From Candidatus Moraniibacteriota bacterium (GTDB lineage: Bacteria; Patescibacteriota; Minisyncoccia; Moranbacterales; GCA-2747515), in contig JALVQA010000009.1 of assembly GCA_027031495.1 (NCBI GenBank), forward strand, positions 16,898 to 80,897: DNA of 64,000 bases, written 5' to 3'. Positions 56,928 to 64,000 of this stretch are shown here, in pieces. Positions within the stretch are counted from its first letter, which is position 1; each line of letters starts with the position of its first letter. Below the pieces are notes generated by a model, which saw only the letters and a program-made list of their open reading frames with translations, did not search any database and was not told the origin of the DNA. Position numbers and translations under genes: made by a program.

Positions 56928-58193
56928 CTAGAATTTTTCGTAGTCACGCATCACCATCTGTCCCTGTATTTGCTTGATCATGTCAATGACAACAGATACA
57001 ACAATGAGAATACTTGTACCGCCGACGGTCAACGCCTGAATTTGCGTCATCTCCTGCACAATCAACGGCAACACTGCAACAATGCCAAGAAATGTGGCGC
57101 CGGCGAGTGTGATACGATTCATAATCCTGTGTAAATACTCCTCCGTTTGATGACCAGGACGCACACCGGGAATATATCCACCCTGCTTTTGCAGATTTTC
57201 AGCAATCTTCTTTGGATCAAAAATAATTGCAGTGTAAAAATATGCAAAAACAATAACAAGAATAAAGTAAATTAAACCGTATAAAAGTCTGTTCTGAAAA
57301 AATGCATTAACCGCTTGCGCTATCGCGGCGACTGTTTCATTTGGCGCATTCACAAGTGCGCCGGCAACTACACTCGGGAAAAGAACAATGGAAATTGCGA
57401 AAATAATCGGAATAACACCGGCCTGATTAACACGCAGTGGCAGGTGTGAAGATCCTCTGTTAACACCGCCGCGCATGCCTTTGGCATATGCAATCGGAAT
57501 ATTGCGCTGTGCCTCCGTCATAAAGACAACACCTACAATCGTCAGCAGCGCGACAGCAATGAAAAGCACATATGTAAAGAGTTCTGTTGTCTGAAACTCT
57601 GAAAAGAATCTACTCAAACTTGATGGTAGCGCCGCAACAATACCGGCAAAAATAAGAATTGACACACCATTACCAATCTTCTTCTCTGTAATAAGCTCGC
57701 CAAGCCACATAAGGAAAATTGTACCGGCTGTTGCCGTAATCATCATGAGAATAATGTCAAAACTACTCTCTACAACAATCACACCCTGCGAACGCAAGAG
57801 TGTCAACATACCGAATGTCTGCAGTAACGCAAACGGCACTGTAAGCCAGCGCGTAATCTGTGTAAATTTTTGACGCCCCACTTCACCCTCTTCTTTATTC
57901 AGTTTCTCCAGTGACGGCACAATCATCTGCAACAGTTGCATCACAATAGACGCTGTGATGTACGGTCCAAGACCTAACAGTACGATAGAAATATTTGACA
58001 ATCCACCACCAGAAAATATATTTACCATGCCGAGGAGTTGATTGTCTGACAGAAACGATTCCAATCGTGCAGGGTCAACACCCGGCAACGGAATATTTGC
58101 AGCAATGCGAAAAACAAACAAAAGCGCCAAGATGAAGAAAATCTTATTGCGAATATCTTTCACGCGAAAAACATCAAGTACATGCTTAAACAT
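56928..58193 (-). CDS. secY: Preprotein translocase subunit SecY
   Basis: It has 10 TM helices, and conserved SecY blocks run throughout. Confidence 0.95.
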   Translation of the reverse strand: MFKHVLDVFRVKDIRNKIFFILALLFVFRIAANIPLPGVDPARLESFLSDNQLLGMVNIFSGGGLSNISIVLLGLGPYITASIVMQLLQMIVPSLEKLNKEEGEVGRQKFTQITRWLTVPFALLQTFGMLTLLRSQGVIVVESSFDIILMMITATAGTIFLMWLGELITEKKIGNGVSILIFAGIVAALPSSLSRFFSEFQTTELFTYVLFIAVALLTIVGVVFMTEAQRNIPIAYAKGMRGGVNRGSSHLPLRVNQAGVIPIIFAISIVLFPSVVAGALVNAPNETVAAIAQAVNAFFQNRLLYGLIYFILVIVFAYFYTAIIFDPKKIAENLQKQGGYIPGVRPGHQTEEYLHRIMNRITLAGATFLGIVAVLPLIVQEMTQIQALTVGGTSILIVVSVVIDMIKQIQGQMVMRDYEKF

Positions 58194-58277
58194 AGTTTTT
58201 ATAGAAGATAAAGAATAATATAACGATCAATGCTATTTGGCAATCGTCTTTACTATACCATACAACGCGCCAGTATG

Positions 58278-60593
58278 CTAAGTACTTTGTGGTGGAGGCG
58301 CCACAGAAGCATCATCTTTAATATCGTCAATCTTGACACTTAAGAGTCGCGACACACCATCTTGGTTCATTGTAACACCATAAAGTACTGATGCATGACG
58401 CATTGTTTCGCGATTATGCGTAATAGTAACAAACTGCGTTTTTTTAGAGAGTGCCTTAAGGATATTACCAAAACGACGCGCGTTGGACTCATCAAGTGCT
58501 GCCTCCACCTCATCCAACACAACAAACGGTGGCGGGTTAAAAGCAATAACAGCAAATAGTAATGCTAGTGACACGAGCGAGCGCTCACCGCCGGAAAGTT
58601 GCGCAAGACTATTTACGCGCTTACCCGGTGGTGTTGCGCTGATAGCAATACCAATTTGAACATCGTCATCTTTTTTTACAGTACTCTCGTCATCTTCTGT
58701 GACATCTTCGCTTGCTTGCACGTTCTGATGACGTGGCGCAAATGTCACTTTCTTCAAAGACGCTTTCCCACTGCCAAACATCATGCGGAAGTAGAGACCG
58801 AACTCGTTATTTATGAAGCTGAACGCTTTCTTAAATGCCTTATCAATTTCTTGGTCCATCTCTTTAATGACCGTCACTAAATCAACAATGGCACGTTGCA
58901 AATCATCATATTCTTGCGTTAAGAAATCGTATCGCTCCTGTGTTTCTTTATACTCATCAATAACCAATGGGTCAATTGTGCCAATGGATTCGTGTTGCAC
59001 CTTAAGACGCGCTACACGTTGCTCAAGGTGTGCCTCATCTTCTACCGGTTCGCATACGCACGCCTCAAGATCTTCCGGCGTCATATTGAGCTCTGTCATA
59101 ATGAGACGCTTCAAATCTTCTTCACGCACTTCCACGCGCGCAAGGCGAATTTTTGCTTCGTTATATGCGTCGCGTAAGGCATTGAGTGCACGTTCTTTGT
59201 CACGCAAAACACGTTCTTGTTCAAAAAATGCGGCGCGTGCGGCACGCTCTGCTGCCGCACCATCAGCGAGCTTTTTATCAACAGCCACCAAAGCCGCCTC
59301 ATACTTTGCAATACGCTCTTCTACGGTAGCACGTTTTTGTGTAATCGCGAGAATTTTTTCATCGCCTTCTTTGCGAATACGCTCTTTTTGTGCGCGCGTG
59401 TCAACTTCCACGCTACCACGCTCAACATCAGCATTCAATGACACAATGGCCTTGCGCGCTTTGGCAAGAGCATTTTTAAGAATCTCAACATTCATTTTTT
59501 CATTCTGCAGAACACTGTCTATATTTTTTGCCATTGTATCGAGATGTGCGCGCACATACTGCGAATCTACCGGTACGCGTGATTTAAGCGCTGCGATTTC
59601 TCGCGCGATACGCTCGCGCTCCAATGCCATATGTCCTTCAATAATCGCCAGCTCTTTGCGTGCAGCCGCAAGCTTATCACCGATAACACGCTTCTCTTTG
59701 AGAAGTTCCGCATCTCCCGCTGATGCGCGCGCTTCCATCTTTTGCGCCTGCATGCGCAATTCATGCGAAAGTGCATCCACTTCTTTCTGTGCACTTTGAA
59801 GTGCGGCATTACGCTGTTCAAGTTCTTTCAGTGCAGAAGACTGTTCTGTTTTAAATGCATTCCATCGCCATTGATAAAGTTGTTTCTGCCTCTCCGTGAG
59901 TTCCTTCGCAACATCTTCCGCCTTTGCCGCACGATCCGCTTGACGCTTCAGCATTTTTAAATGTGGCTCAATTTCCTGAATAAGACCCGCAACACGCTCA
60001 AGATTGACGCGCGTACTATCAAGTTTTGTTAACGCGCGTTGTTTCTTAATCTGAAATGGTCGCACACCGGCGGCATCCTCAATAATTCGCCGTCGGTCCA
60101 ATGGCGTTGCACTCAAGAATGCATCTGTCATGCCCTGTGTGATAATACTGTAACTTCCCTTACCAAGACCAATGTGTGCAAGCAAATCAACAACATCAAG
60201 GAGACGTGCTTTTGCACCGTTTATATGGTATTCTCCCGAACCATCACGATAGACTGTACGTGAGACAACCACATCACCAAACTCCACCGGCATGCTACCA
60301 TCCGTGTTGTCAAAGTAAAGCGCAACAGATGCTGTATTCATTTTACGTTGTGTACTACTACCGGCAAAAATAACGTCGTCAGACTTTTTTGAGCGCAGAC
60401 TTTTCATTGACTGCTCACCCATCACCCACCGAATTGCATCCGCCACATTTGATTTACCGCTACCATTTGGTCCAACAATTGCCGTAATGCCATAGTGTCG
60501 CGCACCGTTAATCGTGTGCATCGCCGCCGTAAAATCAATCGTCGTTTTCTGCGCAAATGACTTAAAGCCGTGTAATTCAATCTTTTTGAGAAA
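58278..60593 (-). CDS. smc: SMC-family chromosome segregation ATPase, unusually short (about 770 aa) with no recognisable hinge
   Basis: The N-head reads KKIELHGFKSFAQKTTIDF...IVGPNGSGKSNVADAIRWVMGEQS. The C-head reads LSGGERSLVSLALLFAVIAF...VLDEVEAALDE...FVTITHN. The middle of about 440 aa is all coiled coil, with no GRxTFLPL-type hinge. Confidence 0.8.
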   Translation of the reverse strand, partial: FLKKIELHGFKSFAQKTTIDFTAAMHTINGARHYGITAIVGPNGSGKSNVADAIRWVMGEQSMKSLRSKKSDDVIFAGSSTQRKMNTASVALYFDNTDGSMPVEFGDVVVSRTVYRDGSGEYHINGAKARLLDVVDLLAHIGLGKGSYSIITQGMTDAFLSATPLDRRRIIEDAAGVRPFQIKKQRALTKLDSTRVNLERVAGLIQEIEPHLKMLKRQADRAAKAEDVAKELTERQKQLYQWRWNAFKTEQSSALKELEQRNAALQSAQKEVDALSHELRMQAQKMEARASAGDAELLKEKRVIGDKLAAARKELAIIEGHMALERERIAREIAALKSRVPVDSQYVRAHLDTMAKNIDSVLQNEKMNVEILKNALAKARKAIVSLNADVERGSVEVDTRAQKERIRKEGDEKILAITQKRATVEERIAKYEAALVAVDKKLADGAAAERAARAAFFEQERVLRDKERALNALRDAYNEAKIRLARVEVREEDLKRLIMTELNMTPEDLEACVCEPVEDEAHLEQRVARLKVQHESIGTIDPLVIDEYKETQERYDFLTQEYDDLQRAIVDLVTVIKEMDQEIDKAFKKAFSFINNEFGLYFRMMFGSGKASLKKVTFAPRHQNVQASEDVTEDDESTVKKDDDVQIGIAISATPPGKRVNSLAQLSGGERSLVSLALLFAVIAFNPPPFVVLDEVEAALDESNARRFGNILKALSKKTQFVTITHNRETMRHASVLYGVTMNQDGVSRLLSVKIDDIKDDASVAPPPQST

Positions 60594-60690
60594 CATGTAT
60601 TCTGTATTTAGGCAAATCACTAAGACGCCCAAGACCTCTAGGCGCGTATACGCCTATTGTACAGTATTTTGCATTAGATGCAAAAATGCA

Positions 60691-60909
60691 TCAAATTGGC
60701 TCTGGAAGCACTAAATTGCGCACTTCCGATGGCACATCACTGTTCGGCACTTGATGCAATTCACTACTTTTACGCTCAATAAAACCATAGAAAATTATGG
60801 TTGATATCATTAAAACAATGGCAATGATTAATTGGGAACAAGTAATGCGCATGCCATATTTCACAGACAACAACCATAATATTTCGTCAATTTTTTCTTT
60901 AATAAACAT
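60691..60909 (-). CDS. Hypothetical small membrane protein (72 aa)
   Basis: An ORF with one TM helix lies between the pilin and smc. Support is weak. Confidence 0.3.
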   Translation of the reverse strand: MFIKEKIDEILWLLSVKYGMRITCSQLIIAIVLMISTIIFYGFIERKSSELHQVPNSDVPSEVRNLVLPEPI

Positions 60910-60912
60910 AAA

Positions 60913-61455
60913 TTAACGTGTCTTAAATGATCCTGTGCAATAATCATGATCTGGGCTTTTCCGAACATTATCCCACCCAAACCTATCACATATATCTATA
61001 TTATCGCGACCAACATAAGCATATAAGACAATAGCATTAAGAAAGTAACCACCGTGCCCTGCATACGTCGGCCAATAATACATAACCAAGCTATAATTAT
61101 CATTTATAGGTGATGGGGCAGCCCTTGTAAATGCATCAGCTCCAAATACAGCATCTATACGACTTTGGTATGCATTTGTTTCCCAATAACCACTTCCGCC
61201 CCAACAGTGTCCTGTTTTAGTGCGACCGACACACCCGCGCAAGTATGTAACATCATCTAATCCTCCGCTCTCTGCAACACCTTTTATTAGTCGTGATGCA
61301 TTTGATACATAAGCAATGTAACGAGCTTCCTTTGCCTTAAAACGTGCACTGGAAAGACTTACCAACACAATACTTGCAAGAATGCCAATAATGGCAATAA
61401 CAATGAGTAACTCAATGAGTGTAAATCCCTGTTTTTCTTTTTGTATTTTGGCCAT
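60913..61455 (-). CDS. Type IV pilin / pseudopilin (prepilin-type N-terminal cleavage/methylation domain)
   Basis: Carries [29 protein letters not shown], which is the class III signal with G|FTLIE. Confidence 0.8.
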   Translation of the reverse strand: MAKIQKEKQGFTLIELLIVIAIIGILASIVLVSLSSARFKAKEARYIAYVSNASRLIKGVAESGGLDDVTYLRGCVGRTKTGHCWGGSGYWETNAYQSRIDAVFGADAFTRAAPSPINDNYSLVMYYWPTYAGHGGYFLNAIVLYAYVGRDNIDICDRFGWDNVRKSPDHDYCTGSFKTR

Positions 61456-61498
61456 GTGTACATTATACAACAGACATTAAAAATAGTGACGCACGTCT

Positions 61499-62188
61499 CT
61501 ACTGCCACTGCATTGTGTCAAGTGCTGCCTGTGCTGCCGTACGTTGCGCTTCCTGCTTTGATCGCCCTGCACCTTTGGCGATGAGATCGTTACCAATGTA
61601 TGCACCTACAATAAAATTCTTGTCATGGTCTGGCCCGCTCTCGTCCAAAACTTCGTAATGTGGTGTTGTTCTACGGTGCTTTTGTGCTTGTTCTTGGAAA
61701 TAACTCTTTGGATCACGATAGAGTTTGTTTTCAATTACTTCGTCAAGATGAACGATGATGTGATTTAGAATAAAAGAGCGCGCGGCGTCATAGCCCTGAT
61801 CACGATAGATTGCACCGATAATTGCCTCAACCGCATTTGCCAGTATATGGTGACGTGCACGCGAATTGCTATCTTGCGCTTCACCCTTACTCATACGTAA
61901 AATATCATTAACACCCAATTCTTGTGCAACACGCGCTAACATATCAGTATTCACAAGCGATGCGCGCCATGCCGTCAGTTCACCTTCCGGATTGTTGTAG
62001 TGTGTATAGAGATAATCTGTTACAATAAGCTCCAAGACCGCATCGCCGAGAAACTCAAGGCGCTCATTGTGACCACGCTTGTACGTACGATCTTCATTAA
62101 GATATGAGCGGTGTGTCAACGCCTGCTCTAAAAGACCCTTATCATCAAATGCAACACCTATTCTCTGTGCAAATTCTTCAATTGTCAT
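61499..62188 (-). CDS. rnc: Ribonuclease III
   Basis: The RNase III signature is ERLEFLGDAVLELIV. A C-terminal dsRBD is present. Confidence 0.9.
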   Translation of the reverse strand: MTIEEFAQRIGVAFDDKGLLEQALTHRSYLNEDRTYKRGHNERLEFLGDAVLELIVTDYLYTHYNNPEGELTAWRASLVNTDMLARVAQELGVNDILRMSKGEAQDSNSRARHHILANAVEAIIGAIYRDQGYDAARSFILNHIIVHLDEVIENKLYRDPKSYFQEQAQKHRRTTPHYEVLDESGPDHDKNFIVGAYIGNDLIAKGAGRSKQEAQRTAAQAALDTMQWQ

Positions 62189-62212
62189 ACTTACATATTC
62201 ATTTAAAAATCA

Positions 62213-62743
62213 TTACTCTGTGGCAGACATCTGCTCCCCATCTTCATGGTCCATGCCACCATGTTCTTTTTTCCACGCTTCACGACGCTCACGTCCTTTT
62301 TGCGCATCATCATCCTTCATTGGCTCACCCATTTCACGATAAATTGTACCTAGCACACCATTAACAAAACGCGGCGATGAATCACTTCCAAAATTTTTTG
62401 CAAGTTCAATTGCTTCGTTGATAGCAACTTTTGGCGGCACCGTCTCATAATCACCATAAACAAGTTCTGCAATGCCAATGCGCAAAACATTGCGATCAAC
62501 AATCGCAACCTGATCAAGCGGCCACTCCGGCGCACACTGTGTAATGAGTGCGTCAATTGATTCTTGATTATCAATCACTAATTGAATTAATTCCTTCGCA
62601 AAATCACACGACTCCACACCGGGCGCGAACTCTGCACAATTGCGCTGTATGTAAGTATCTAAAAGCTCATTTTTTTGCCCATTAAAATCCCACTCAAAGA
62701 GGGTTTGCATTGCAATACTTCTTTGCAGATGTCGGTTTGCCAT
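62213..62743 (-). CDS. nusB: Transcription antitermination factor NusB (with C-terminal acidic extension)
   Basis: A NusB-like all-helical core (RNCAEFAPG...[15 protein letters not shown]...FVNGVLG) is followed by an acidic tail. Confidence 0.85.
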   Translation of the reverse strand: MANRHLQRSIAMQTLFEWDFNGQKNELLDTYIQRNCAEFAPGVESCDFAKELIQLVIDNQESIDALITQCAPEWPLDQVAIVDRNVLRIGIAELVYGDYETVPPKVAINEAIELAKNFGSDSSPRFVNGVLGTIYREMGEPMKDDDAQKGRERREAWKKEHGGMDHEDGEQMSATE

Positions 62744-62814
62744 AAACGTTGTTCAAAATTATATTTTATTGTTTTTTATATTTTCTTCTCTCGATTGCTT
62801 GTTAAGGAAACAAA

Positions 62815-62832
62815 TAAAACCACATAGTGTGG
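62815..62832 (-). terminator. Small hairpin plus U-tract after rpmF
   Basis: On the minus strand GGCCACActaTGTGG is followed by TTTTATTTGTTT. Confidence 0.35.
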
Positions 62833-62841
62833 CCTTATTTA

Positions 62842-63015
62842 ACTATGCTGTTTTTTTGAAAACAGCTGAGTAATCGCGTCCTTTGTAAATAGGGTGATCT
62901 GCAGAAATGCGATGCGATTGCGCACCATCCGCAGAAACGCTCTTGGGTTTTACAGCGTACTGCCCTTTACGATCACGACGGTGCTCTCTTGTGCGACGTT
63001 GTTTTGGTACTGTCA
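62842..63015 (-). CDS. rpmF: 50S ribosomal protein L32 (bL32)
   Basis: An unlisted 57-aa ORF reads MTVPKQRRTREHRRDRKG...SHRISADHPIYKGRDYSAVFKK. This matches the bL32 N-terminal MAVPKxxxSxxRR motif and the C-terminal H-R-I-AD-YY-GR motif. Confidence 0.6.
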
Positions 63016-63150
63016 TTGCCTTCTGATATTAACTAAAAACTTTTAAATATCGCCATAGCGAGAAAGTGTTTGCGTATATAGCGCCGTAGCGCTGCATAAC
63101 AACGCATACACCAAACACGCAGTTTCTCACCTGCTATACACACTCTACCA

Positions 63151-64000
63151 TTAGATTGCGCGTTTGGCAAGATGTACGACATCTCTGTAAACAGCCATAA
63201 GGTCTGCATAGTAGCGTTCATGAGTGAGGTTGGCGACACTTGCACGAGCGTTGGCGCTGATGCGCGCATCATCAATGTGCGGCAGCGCATCCAAGAGGCG
63301 CGTCAGCTTCTGCGTGTCTTGTGGCGGATAGAGAAATCCGTTCTCACCATGCACGATACGTTCTGTGACACCACCGCTGGCAGCGGCAACAACGATATTA
63401 CCAGCGGCAAGCGCCTCCAGCAGTGCGTATGGCGCATTCTCATACCACAGCGACGGCACAACGACGGCACGCGCCTTCTGTGTGAGCTCTGTCAGCGCCG
63501 CGCCACCAACAAATCCGGCAAACGTGATGCGTTCGGCACCGGGCAGTGTCCGCGCATACGCCATGAGCGCGTCTTTATCCGGTCCCGTACCGGCAACAAT
63601 GAGACGCGGCGCGCGCGAAGCAGCAAACGCATCCAACAGCACACGTACGCCCTTCTCATGCGAGAGTCGTCCGATGTAGAGGATGTAATCCTCGCGCTGA
63701 TACGCTGGTACGGCAAACTCTGCCGGCGATAGCGGCTGTGGCACATAGGTAATTTTTTGCGTGAAGCCGTGTCGCCGAGACATCTCAATGAGAAACCGGC
63801 TCGGAGCAATATAGCGATCAACTTTTGCATATGTACCGAGGAGCGCGTGCACATAGTGCTCAAGCGCACATACAGCACTTGCTGATATACTGTCGCGCAC
63901 ACACCGATCTCCCACGCAGTGCCACGGTGCGCGCTCCCACACTTTTCCGCGCACGAAGAGATTGTAGTTCGGCGAGATGTGCTTGTAGTCATGGAGCGTC
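63151..64000 (-). CDS. Glycosyltransferase family 4 (GT1-fold), partial, N-terminus beyond window end
   Basis: The C-terminal GT4 half reads YIGRLSHEKGVRVLLDAF...VPSLWYENAPYALLEALAAG...NGF. The frame stays open to base 64000. The listed ORF start at 63954 is a GTG, not a true start. Confidence 0.75.
   Translation of the reverse strand, partial: TLHDYKHISPNYNLFVRGKVWERAPWHCVGDRCVRDSISASAVCALEHYVHALLGTYAKVDRYIAPSRFLIEMSRRHGFTQKITYVPQPLSPAEFAVPAYQREDYILYIGRLSHEKGVRVLLDAFAASRAPRLIVAGTGPDKDALMAYARTLPGAERITFAGFVGGAALTELTQKARAVVVPSLWYENAPYALLEALAAGNIVVAAASGGVTERIVHGENGFLYPPQDTQKLTRLLDALPHIDDARISANARASVANLTHERYYADLMAVYRDVVHLAKRAI

Noticed and set aside
63033-63290. 85-aa minus-strand ORF between rpmF and the GT4 gene
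   Set aside because: It overlaps the GT4 3' end and has low-complexity composition. Translational signals are not convincing.
63492-63992. 166-aa minus-strand ORF
   Set aside because: It overlaps the GT4 gene in another frame and is Ser/Arg-rich junk. The GT4 frame has clear family motifs.

Overview
This is a compact, gene-dense bacterial chromosomal window, mostly transcribed on the minus strand. The compactness, short Rel and SMC, the type IV pilin and P-type ATPase suggest a Candidate Phyla Radiation or Saccharibacteria-like lineage, but that is a guess.

Housekeeping genes recognisable by motif and synteny:
- Plus strand: L25 tail, pth, dprA, topA and rel.
- Cell shape and envelope: greA, mreB-mreC-PBP2 (no mreD or rodA), mraY, a PBP5-type carboxypeptidase, scpB-scpA and a compact smc.
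- Synthetases and export: class II proS, tyrS, secD-secF and secY.
- Others: an HrpA-like DEAH helicase, a PMA1-like (P3A) proton ATPase, a Nudix hydrolase, a thioredoxin-CcdA fusion with DoxX, galE, pgk, a pilin, rnc, nusB and rpmF.
- Several intrinsic terminators are visible.

Most interesting regions:
1. 42.1-55.3 kb is a minus-strand glycan cluster of about 13 kb. It combines an ABC exporter (wzm/wzt), a complete PAPS pathway (sat, cysC, cysQ) and a sulfotransferase fused to a GT4 glycosyltransferase with perfect 42-nt tandem repeats. It also holds a multidomain GT2/GT1 protein, wecB and GT-C-type membrane proteins, one of them frameshifted. Base composition within the cluster is strongly mosaic. 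I read this as a candidate sulfated-polysaccharide system.
2. 4.5-8.7 kb holds a 1117-aa protein of unknown function. It is translationally coupled to a small protein carrying the arginase-family metal-binding motifs.
3. The SMC is short (about 770 aa) and shows no hinge domain.
4. 38.8-41.0 kb is an AT-rich island of three unrecognisable proteins, with a tiny SD-preceded ORF upstream of one of them.
5. A 75-aa gene with a perfect SD and terminator, absent from naive annotation, lies beside rel.

No CRISPR array, rRNA, tRNA or mobile element was found.
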